A stretch of 64,000 bases of DNA from Macrostomum lignano. Lineage: Eukaryota. The notes beneath the pieces are model-generated. The model made no database searches and had not been told where the DNA came from. It saw only the letters and a program-made list of their open reading frames with translations. Both the position numbers and the translations under genes were made by a program. This document shows positions 10,796-22,700 of the stretch, piece by piece. The stretch is taken from positions 62,001 to 126,000 of the forward strand of contig NIVC01000434.1 in assembly GCA_002269645.1 (NCBI GenBank). The letters run 5' to 3'. Position 1 is the first letter of the stretch. Each line of letters opens with the position of its first letter.

Positions 10796-13700
10796 CTGCA
10801 ATGGGCACAAGAAAATTGGGGTGGAGTGAAGTATAATTGGGGTGGAGTGAAGAATAATTGGGGTGGAGTGAAGGATAATTGGGGTGGAGTGAAGGATAAT
10901 TGGGGTGGAGTGAAGAATAATTGGGGTGGAGTGAAGGATAATTGGGGTGGAGTGAAGGATAATTGGGGTGGAGTGACGGATAATTGGGGTGGAGTGAAGG
11001 ATAATTGGGGTGGAGTGAAGGATAATTGGGGTGGAGTGACGGATAATTGGGGTGGAGTGACGGATAATTGGGGTGGAGTGAAGGATAATTGGGGTGGAGT
11101 GACGGATAATTGGGGTGGAGTGAAGGATAATTGGGGTGGAGTGAAGGATAATTGGGGTGGAGTGACGGATAATTGGGGTGAAGTGAAGGATAATTGGGGT
11201 GGAGTGAAGGATAATTGAAGTGGAGTGACGGGCGATTTGGGGTGGAGTGACGGGAGCATGTAATTGATGGATAGAATGCAGGTAGAAGGGCGGATAGAAT
11301 ACAAGTAGAAGGTCGGATAGAATACAGGTAGAAGGGCGGATAGAATACAGGTAGAAGGGCGGATAGAATACAAGTAGAAAGGCGGATAGAATACAAGTAG
11401 AAGGGCGGATAGAATACAGGTAGAGGGCGGATAGAATACAGGTAGAAGGGCGGATAGAATACAAGTAGAAGGGTGGATAGAATACAAGTAGAAAGGCGGA
11501 TAGAATACAAGTAGAAGGGCGGATAGAATACAGGTAGAGGGCGGATAGAATACAAGTAGAGGGGCGGATAGAATACAGGTAGAGGGGCGAATAGGCTACA
11601 GGTAGAGGGGCGGATAGAATACAGGTAGAGGGCGGATAGAATACAAGTAGAGGGGTGGATAGAATACAAGTAGAAAGGCGGATAGAATACAAGTAGAAGG
11701 GCGGATAGAATACAGGTAGAGGGCGGATAGAATACAGGTAGAAGGGCGGATAGAATACAAGTAGAAGGGTGGATAGAATACAAGTAGAAAGGCGGATAGA
11801 ATACAAGTAGAAGGGCGGATAGAATACAGGTAGAGGGCGGATAGAATACAAGTAGAGGGGCGGATAGAATACAGGTAGAGGGGCGAATAGGCTACAGGTA
11901 GAGGGGCGGATAGAATACAGGTAGAGGGCGGATAGAATACAAGTAGAGGGGTGGATAGAATACAGGTAGAAGGGCGGATAGAATACAAGTAGAAGGGTGG
12001 ATAGAATACAAGTAGAAAGGCGGATAGAATACAAGTAGAAGGGCGGATAGAATACAGGTAGAGGGCGGATAGAATACAAGTAGAGGGGCGGATAGAATAC
12101 AGGTAGAGGGGCGAATAGGCTACAGGTAGAGGGGCGGATAGAATACAGGTAGAGGGCGGATAGAATACAAGTAGAGGGGTGGATAGAATACAGGTAGAAG
12201 GGCGGATAAAATACAGGTAGAGGGCGGATAGAATGCAGGTAGAGGGCGGATAGAATGCAGGTAGAGGGTGGATAGAATGCAGGTAGAGGGCGGATAGAAT
12301 ACAGGTAGAAGGGCGGATAGAATGCAGGTAGATGGTGGATAGAATACATTACATTACTCATAGGACTAGGTGGAACTGTGCACAGCGGGTACGGCAGCAC
12401 TCAACACAATTATATTCAGGCTGCGATAAAACATATAAAACCTAGCAGATTGAAGCCGGAAATACAAAGGTAGGGGTGCAGCCTACCGACGCCACCCTGA
12501 ACCGCCCTACCGAGATAAGACACCGCGTGACCAGTTATTTGTACAAGCATTACTATTATTAATACACAAGTACTAACCAGTCTATAACACAGGTCAGTTA
12601 AGGGCTAAGCGGAAGTGGCACGCTAGATAACAGAAATTTTATTTGAATAAAACATCTCCCCCTGTGTCCAGAATTATAGAACTCAAAAAGACTGAAAGAC
12701 GGGGAGAGGGAGACTGTAAGAGTAGGAGGATTAAGAAAGCTGGTGCCCCCCGTTAGGCCCGACCTTGCGAGAGAGAAAGAGAGAAAGGAGAAAGACAAGA
12801 ACGTCATTCCCAAATCCGAGGAGTAGTTTCTGACTGGTCTGGACAAGGTTCCCACCCCCAAGTCGATTCAAAGGCCGAAAAAGGATAGGATCATTTGCAT
12901 CTCTTATGCAGGAGTTGGGGTTGACGCTGTTGTGCACTGCCAGGGGGGCAAGAGAGGGAGAGAGAGAGAGTTAACGCTGCGTGTACACTCGCCGTAAACG
13001 TACAATAGGCCCGCTACGTCAGTGAAAGATTTTTATTGATCTATCTCTCTCCTTCTCTTTCTTACTGCACTTCCCTGCACTACTGACAAGCCAGCACTGC
13101 CCCGCCGACTGTTCAGATTAGAACCTACACAACCCACCATTTGCTCTCTCCCCCTCTCTCTCTGCCCTCTCCCCTGTCTGCAGCTCGCTTTTCTATTCGC
13201 TTAGCGGCAGCGACAGCAGCAGTCTCTACTGTCGCACTCGTGGGCGCCTGCGTTCTTCTCTCCGTTTCCTTCTATCCTTTTTTTTCTCTCCTGTCGTCTC
13301 TTTTATCGGCTTGATGTACCATTTGCCTCCTTCCCCCCTCCTCTCCTCTCCCCCCTCTCTCTACACTTTTCTGAAAGCGACGGCCGAACACTGACTATGT
13401 AGTATACCAAAGGGCGTGTGCACATGGACGAGTTAATTTGCATATATATATACGCATCTTTTCCACCGATTCGTCTCACAATCTATCGGTAAAATACTTT
13501 CTATAGAAAATCTCTACACACATAGAGATAGAACAGCCTTGAACCAATTAGTTCTAGACGCAAACTGCGTCCAGCTTCGGTTGCTAAGGGATACATCAGT
13601 CAGAACTAGTGCGGTGCAGAATGTCGCAAACAGGCTGCTTAGTTCGATCTAAACGAGCTTCAACTAAGAGCAATAATTCCACGGCATCGACTGTCAGCAG

Positions 13701-16700
13701 CGGTACAGGCGCTGCCGGCGGCGCTGCCTGCCTGTTTGGCGCCTGTTTTGGCGCCGGCGCCGGGGCAGGTAGCGGCGCGGCAGGTCGAGCGAATCCAGTA
13801 AACGCCGACGCGATTGAGAAGCTAACAGAGAGACTGGCTTATCACATCCAGCTGGGCAATACTCGGTCGGTGGAGCGGATACTCCGCAAACTGCGAGCGG
13901 TGCCTCCATCCAAGGTGGTTGTCTCGGTCAAGAGGCGACACCTCAGCCCGAATTTCCTAGCCTGGACCAACAGAAGCCAGGATCCATTTCTACACTTTCA
14001 CCAAGAGTGCTCGCCAGTGGTCTGGGCAGTGGACAATCAGCAGTGGCAGATGCTGCCAATTCTAGCCAAATACGGTCACGATCCTAACAGGCCTTTGCAG
14101 TGCAAACGGTGGAACTTCTCGCCGGCGTCCAGCAATCGCTCAGCGATGGTGCCCTACAAGAAGTTCTGGACAAAGGGCCGCTACACCTACCAGTCAGCTT
14201 TGGACTACTACTTCGGATCGATCTACGAATTTCTGGGCGAGGAGATGCAAAGAATGAGCTCGTCGGCTGTAGGCTACTCGTCGCCGTCAACGTTTTATTA
14301 TTTCTTTCAGCAGTTGCCCCAGCTGCTACTGAGAGGCATCGACGTGCACAGAATCGATTCTATCATATTGTTCAATTCGCTAGGCTATTCGCTAAACTGG
14401 TACCTCACCAAGTACACCAACGAGAACAACACGGTGCCGGACATTCCCGAACAGAACGACTCGTGCGCCGAGATCTTCACAGTCAGAAGTTTAATCAAAG
14501 CCGGCTTTTCCGAGTTCGAATGCCTCGAGTTTCTGTCCTCGTCGCACAACTGGTTCGGCATCCTGATCTGTCTGCTGTGCCACCCCAGACTTGACCAGTA
14601 CGGGTCGAACATCCAGCTACCGCCAATCATCCAGGAGGCCGCCCTGCTACTTATCAACTTCTTATCGTTGAGCAGCTCGCATCCAACAAGCGAAGAGATC
14701 AGCGAGAGCCTGGAGAACCTCTCCCTCAGGAAGCTGTACGCTAAGCGCTACTCCCAGCGACGCCAAGAGTTCAAAGACAATCTGGAGACGTTGCAACGGG
14801 CCTGCTCGGATTTCAACAAGCGACCAATGTCGCTGAGACTGCAGGCGCGCAACGCCGTTCGACGTAACATCGGCGGCGTGGATTTTGGAGCAAAGCTGCG
14901 CAGACTGGCGCAGACCTTCCCGGCGGAGGTGGTCGCCTTCCTATCCTACGTGGACATGGACTCTCTGCACCTGCTGCACCCGCCTCGGGTGCTGCTCAAA
15001 CTGGCCAAACGAGAGAATCCATTCTCAACCGAGGACGCTGCGGAAGCTTCGAGCAGCGATGGCGAGTCTGCCGGCTCCACCAGTCATGAAGGCGAGGTCA
15101 GCGTTGTTTAGAACTATGTAATTTTCAGTACGGAATTCGTAACTCTTATACAAAAAGTTTGAGTCCTTGTGTCCAAGATTTCATTCTTCGCTTTCTGTGA
15201 ACCGATGCTTTTTCCCTCCTACTAGCTAAACAACAAATAGTAATCATAATTATAATATTTAACCGATATGATTTTTCTATTTGCTGCTGTCCAACTCTAT
15301 AAACTAACTGTGTCTTCGTGTGTCTGTTTAGTCCTTGTGCACTCTTCAGCTTTCCTTCTGTTTACCTGTATGTATAGAAATTCTGTGCAGTTTTACACAT
15401 CGTTACACAAGTAATTAACCTTCTTAAATATTATTATTGTAAATTTTATACCTGTTGCCAGTTAAATCTCTGCTAACCTTGCATGGTTACTAATAGATAG
15501 AAGTTCCAACACGGTTTTTAACGATAATAATAGTCATAAAAACAGTAACCATGCAGTCAAAAGCCAAATTTGCTATTTAAAAAACTAACTGTGGCAATTA
15601 ACTATTAGCTAAATAATTTGTGCAACTGCGAGCCCGATTGTTAAAACACTGTTAACTAATCAGTCCGTTTGTGTCATTCAAAATAATTCCAATCTTGTTT
15701 CAATTGATTACAATTTATAGCGATAATGACTCACTAATAAAAAAGTTCTGTAATTTTTTTGATTCAGTTCAGAGTCCCCTGTCAAAGTTTATATGGTCGC
15801 TTGGTGTAAATACGGCAACTGGAAAACATGTGCTTCATTTTTCAAAGCATACACTGCAAAAAATTACTATGAGCATATATAGTAAGCAATGCATAGTATT
15901 TGTTCAAGTTTATGTATACCAGCCTAGATGCATTCATATGCCTAAGATATTTAAACGGAAACTGAAAAATCCGACTTGACATCACCGCACTGGCTGTTTT
16001 ACTTTTAGGCAATTTTTTTACCTGAAAAATATACTCAAGTCAAAACAGAGGATTCTATATTAAGCAATGATAAACTCTGTTCAATTCATTGATTTGTAAT
16101 AATATTAAAAATAATTGATTACACCTGGCCCAATTGGACCAGAGGTGCAACCGACAGCTCAGCCGCAGCTATTGCGCGGCGCATCTGAAGGCTGCGTACG
16201 GCTGTTCAGTCCAAGGACTGGGAGGTCGCCACACAGCCTCAATCACCCCAGCTAATTCTGGTACCCATTTTACAGCAAAGTGAACTGAAGCAATACAGAG
16301 TTGTGTCTTGCTCAAGGGCATAAATTGTTCCGAGTGGGATCGGGAATCGAACCCCCGACCTTTAAGTCGTGAGTCCGACGCTCTAACCTCTAGGCTACAA
16401 CCTCCCATGGATTTGTCGAATGGACTCTGCTGAGAAGACAAGGTTGTTTAATTTGGCGCCATCTCAAGCATTGATTGTGGCGCCATCTCAAGCATTGATT
16501 GTGACGCCATCTCAAGCATTGATTGTGGCGCCATCTCAAGCATTGATTGTGGCGCCATCTCAAGCATTGATTGTGGCACCATCTCAAGCATTGATTGTGG
16601 CGCCATCTCAAGCATTGATTGTGGCGCCATCTCAAGCACACAAATCCAGTTTAATTATCATCAATCAGCCCGAAAATTTTCAAGAAGGATTTGAAAAAAT

Positions 16701-19700
16701 GGCAATAATTTAGTCAGGTGCATCAGAACATCAAAATGTCCATTTCTAGACATCCTTGACTATCTACCATGTCTGTCAGTCTTACATTTTTTCGAGGGTA
16801 CGAGTAATTATTCTCCTCCCACTTCTAATTTTCTCAATTAACTATGCTTCAGCTTTTACTGCTGAAGTTTTCTACCTTAATTTATTATAAAGCCAAGAGG
16901 CGAAGTAGCTGAAAAGCCTAATTTAGGCTAAAAAATCATCATAAAGTATATTTATAGCAATGATCTGGGTGCGCAATTACGAGTAGTGTAGCTGAGTTAA
17001 ATTTTCAGTTCCAATAGTTCCATCAGCTTAAAACTCAATCACCTCAAAACTCCATCAGCTCAAAACTACATCAGCTCAAAACTCCATCAGCTCAAAACTC
17101 CATCAGCTCAAAACTACATCTGCTAAAAACTACATCTGCTAAAAACTACATCTGCTAAAAACTACATCTGCTAAAAACTACACCTGCTCAAAACTACATC
17201 AGCTCTAAACTACATCAGCTCAAGACTCCATCAGCTCAAAACTACATCTGCTAAAAACTACATCTGCTAAAAACTACACCTGCTCAAAACTACATCAGCT
17301 CAAGACTCCATCAGCTCAAGACTCCATCAGTTCAAAACTACATCAGCTCAAGACTCCATCAGCTCAAGACTCCATCAGTTCAAAACTACATCTGCTCAAG
17401 ACTCCATCAGCTCAAGACTCCATCAGTTCAAAACTACATCTGCAAAAAGACTCCATCAGCTCAAGACTCCATCAGTTCAAAACTACATCAGCTCAAAACT
17501 CCATCAGCTCAAAACTCCATCAGCTCAAAACTACATCTGCTAAAAACTACATCTGCTAAAAACTACATCTGCTAAAAACTACACCTGCTCAAAACTACAT
17601 CAGCTCAAGACTCCATCAGCTCAAGACTCCATCAGTTCAAAACTACATCAGCTCAAGACTCCATCAGCTCAAGACTCCATCAGTTCAAAACTACATCTGC
17701 TCAAGACTCCATCAGCTCAAGACTCCATCAGTTCAAAACTACATCTGCTCAAGACTCCATCAGCTTAAGATTCCATTAGCTCAAAACTACATCTGCTCAA
17801 AACTACACCAGCTTAAGATTCCATTAGCTCAAAACTACATCTGCTTAAAACTACACCAGCTTAAGATTCCATTAGCTCAAAACTACATCTGCTCAAAACT
17901 ACACCAGCTTAAGATTCCATTAGCTCAAAACTACATCTGCTTAAAACTACACCAGCTTAAGATTCCATTAGATCAAAACTACATCTGCTTAAAACTACAC
18001 CAGCTTAAGAATCCATTAGCTCAAAACTACATCTGCTTAAAACTACACCAGCTTAAGATTCCATTAGCTCAAAACTACATCTGCTCAAAACTACACCAGC
18101 TTAAGATTCCATTAGCTCAAAACTACATCTGCTTAAAACTACACCAGCTTAAGATTCCATTAGCTCAAAACTACATCTGCTTAAAACTACACCAGCTTAA
18201 GATTCCATTAGCTCAAAACTACATCTGCTCAAAACTACACCAGCTTAAGATTCCATTAGCTCAAAACTACATCTGCTCAAAACTACACCAGCTTAAGATT
18301 CCATTAGCTCAAAACTACATCTGCTTAAAACTACACCAGCTTAAGATTCCATTAGCTCAAAACTACATCTGCTTAAAACTACACCAGCTTAAGATTCCAT
18401 TAGCTCAAAACTACATCTGCTTAAAACTACACCAGCTTAAGATTCCATTAGCTCAAAACTACATCTGCTTAAAACTACACCAGCTTAAGATTCCATTAGC
18501 TCAAAACTACATCTGCTCAAAACTACACCAGCTTAAGATTCCATTAGCTCAAAACTACATCTGCTTAAAACTACACCAGCTTAAGATTCCATTAGCTCAA
18601 AACTACATCTGCTTAAAACTACACCAGCTTAAGATTCCATTAGCTCAAAACTACATCTGCTTAAAACTACACCAGCTTAAGATTCCATTAGCTCAAAACT
18701 ACATCTGCTTAAAACTACACCAGCTTAAGATTCCATTAGCTCAAAACTACATCTGCTCAAAACTACACCAGCTTAAGATTCCATTAGCTCAAAACTACAT
18801 CTGCTTAAAACTACACCAGCTTAAGATTCCATTAGCTCAAAACTACATCTGCTTAAAACTACACCAGCTTAAGATTCCATTAGCTCAAAACTACATCTGC
18901 TTAAAACTACACCAGCTTAAGATTCCATTAGCTCAAAACTACATCTGCTCAAAACTACACCAGCTTAAGATTCCATTAGCTCAAAACTACATCTGCTTAA
19001 AACTACACCAGCTTAAGATTCCATTAGCTCAAAACTACATCTGCTTAAAACTACACCAGCTTAAGATTCCATTAGCTCAAAACTACATCTGCTCAAAACT
19101 ACACCAGCTTAACATTCCATTAGCTCAAAACTACATCTGCTTAAAACTACACCAGCTTAAGATTCCATTAGCTCAAAACTACATCTGCTTAAAACTACAC
19201 CAGCTTAAGATTCCATTAGCTCAAAACTACATCTGCTTAAAACTACACCAGCTTAAGATTCCATTAGCTCAAAACTACATCTGCTCAAAACTACACCAGC
19301 TTAAGATTCCATTAGCTCAAAACTACATCTGCTTAAAACTACACCAGCTTAAGATTCCATTAGCTCAAAACTACATCTGCTTAAAACTACACCAGCTTAA
19401 GATTCCATTAGCTCAAAACTACATCTGCTTAAAACTACACCAGCTTAAGATTCCATTAGCTCAAAACTACATCTGCTCAAAACTACACCAGCTTAAGATT
19501 CCATTAGCTCAAAACTACATCTGCTTAAAACTACACCAGCTTAAGATTCCATTAGCTCAAAACTACATCTTCTCAAAACTACACCGGCTTAAGATTCCAT
19601 TAGCTCAAAACTACATCAGCTTAAGATTGCATTAGCTCAAAACTTTATCATTTCAGAATTCCATCATCTTAAAACTTCACCAACTCAAAACTCAATCAAC

Positions 19701-22700
19701 TGAGAAGTATGAAAACTTGTTTTTAATACGAATGAGCAAAGTAAAAAGTTCAGCCTACAGAACAGAATACAATACACAGAAGACAACTGCCTTCTCTCTC
19801 TAGTCAATCAACTATATTGAAAAAACTTGTTACATTTCCCGCAAAAATTGTTGTAACTTGTACTTTTAGAAAATCTATGTAACAAAATATATATGCACAA
19901 AAGTTCGTCCAATATTTGTCTGTACTTTTAACCTTTCTAGCCGGCTAATTAATGAGCAAACTCACATTAACTCACATGATGACTAATTAGCTTGCGGGGG
20001 AAACAGAAAGGGAATGGAGGCGGGTCGGGGTGGTTGTGTAACATTTTAAATACGCAGTAACCACGCAAACGATTAATTACCACTTTATGATGCCTAATTG
20101 TTTCAAGGACAGAGCAAGGTCAAAAACAAATATGAGCGTATTATGGTAAAAACCTTAAACTTACAACGAAACCCAATAAAATTCTGCAATTTAATCAACT
20201 GAAGAAAAAATGACTAACATATTATTGCATATTTAACTTCATTGTTTACCATAGGGTTTGATCGGTTTTTAGAAATTGTTTATTCACTATAGATTTAGAG
20301 AAAGAGAATCAATTAGCGTTAGTCAAAGTAGTGTCAGTCAAAAAATGTCAGTCAAAAAGTGTCAGTCAAAAAATGTCAATCAAAAAGTGTCAGTCAAAGT
20401 AGTGTCAGTCAAAAAGTGTCAGTCAAAAAGTGTCAGTCAAATAGTGTCAGTCAAATAGTGTCAGTCAAAAAAGTTCAGTCAAAGTAATGTCAGTCAAAAA
20501 GTGTCAGTCAAAAAGTGTCAGTCAAAAAGCATTAGTCAAAGTAGTGTCAGTCAAGGTAGTGTCAGTCAAAGTAGTGTCAGTCAAAGTAGTGTCAGTCAAA
20601 GTAGTATCAGTCAAATAGTGTCAGTCAAAAAGTGTCAGTCAAAAAGTGTCAGTCAAATAGTGTCAGTCAAAAAGTGTCAGTCAAAAAGTGTCAGTCAAAA
20701 AGTGTCAGTCAAAAAGTGTCAGTCAAGTAGTGTCAGTCAAAAAGTGTCAGTCAAAAAGTGTCAGTCAAATTAGTGTCAGTCAAATAGTGTCAGTCAAAAA
20801 GTGTCAGTCAAAGTAATGTCAGTCAAAAAGTGTCAGTCAAAGTCATGTCAGTCAAAAAGTGTCAGTCAAATAGTGTCAGTCAAACGTGGACCCCGAGCTC
20901 ACACTGCCATGGTATCAATGTGTACAGCTGTGAGCTACTGTAGAGAGCTGACAGCTAGCAAACTGAACATTAATAAAAATTACTTTAAACTGAACTCACC
21001 TGGAGCGTCAACAAAGCCGAACACGTGCAGAGGACGAACCACGGTGACCCCGGGCGAGTCCATCGGCACAAGCAGCATCGTCTGCTGTTTGTGAGCGGCT
21101 GCTGAAGTATCAGTTTTGCCCATAAATATGGCCACTTTGCAATTGGGATGCAGGGCTCCGGAGATCCACCATTTGTGGCCGTTCACTACATAGTGAGAGC
21201 CGTCTGGCGAGCGGCAGATCGAAGCTTCGATGTTGGTGGCGTCCGAAGAGGCGACGGCCGGTTCCGTCATGGCGAAGCAGGAGCGAATGCTGCCTGCTAG
21301 GAGGGGATCGAGCCAGCGGCGCTTCTGCTCCTCTGTGCCGTAGCGGACCAGCACCTGGTTGGGGTGTTGGATTGGGGATTTCGGGTAACTGGGGTGTTGG
21401 ATTGGGGATTTCGGGTAACTGGGGTGTTGGATTGGGGATTTCTGGTAACTGGGGTGTTGGATTGGGGATTTCTGGTAACTGGGGTGTTGGGTTGGGGATT
21501 TCGGGTAACTGGGGTGTTGGATTGGGGATTTCGGGTAACTGGGGTGTTGGATTGGGGATTTCGGGTAACTGGGGTGTTGGATTGGGGATTTCGGGTAACT
21601 GGGGTGTTGGATTGGGGATTTCGGGTAACTGGGGTGTTGGATTGGGGATTTCGGGTAACTGGGGTGTTGGATTGGGGATTTCGGGTAACTGGGGTGTTGG
21701 ATTGGGGATTTCGGGTCACTGGGGTGTTGGATTGGGGATTTCGGGTAAACTGGGGTGTTGGGTTGGGGATTTCGGGTAACTGGGGTGTTGGATTGGGGAT
21801 TTCGGGTAAACTGGGGTGTTGGGTTGGGGATTTCGGGTAACTGGGATGTTAGATTGGGGATTTCGGGTAAACTGATGGGATGTTAGATTGGGGATTTCGG
21901 GTAAACTGATAGGGTGTTATATTGGGGATTTCGGGTAAACTGATAGGGTGTTATATTGGGGATTTCGGGTAAACTGATGGGATGTTAGATTGGGGATTTC
22001 GGGTAACTGACAGGGTGTTATATTGGGGATTTCGGGTAAACTGATAGATGTTAGATAGGGGATTTCGGGTAACTGGGATGTTAGCTCGTAAGATTGGGGA
22101 TTTCGGGTAACTGGATGGGTGTTAGATTGTGAATACATACTGCAGCAGGTGTTACAGAAGCGACAAACCTCCATATTCCCAGTGTCCGGAGCGGAACAGT
22201 TGAACACCTCAGAGGCATATACGGACCAGCCCATCTCTTCGCACAGGAAGGCGTACTCCAAGTTAGTGAGGCCGGGCGAGTACAGCCGGTTCGGATCCGA
22301 CTCTACAGGCAGGAACAGATTCCAGAGGCCCTGATTTTTAGCCTCAGATTTCAGCCGCTCAATACTGGGGTGCACCGTCCACTTGGACTGGGACTCGTAG
22401 TGCGAGTTCAGCTCGGATTCTAGTGGCAAAATCCTGTCGCGAACAAATGCCCGAATTTTAGCGTGCAGTTGACGAACTTCGGGTCGGAGATCCGACAGGC
22501 TGACAGGCATGCCGGATGTCGCCGAGGCCGACGATGAGAAACTGTGACTGGGCTGGCTGGGCAGGCCGGAGCGCTGGGCCACCGTCCAGCCGAGGCGAGC
22601 CACATCGCGAGCGAATGAGCCCACAATCTTGGCCTTCGCCGAGCTGCTCTGGCCGTCGAGGGCGCGCCTGTTGAGGGGGGCATGTGGTTAGGCGAAATTA

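Noticed and set aside
10796-11783. N-terminal 330 aa of the 518-aa ORF 10227..11783
   Set aside because: Translation of intronic minisatellites; the true exon begins at the acceptor at 10795.
12540-13100. GC-balanced segment that might be a solo LTR (similar in style to 4290-4750, 6650-6960 and 7430-7830)
   Set aside because: No TG...CA ends with a TSD and no clear mutual alignment could be established by eye.
16330-16406. tRNA gene
   Set aside because: A and B boxes are present, but there is no acceptor-stem closure and it continues into a CORE-like SINE body.
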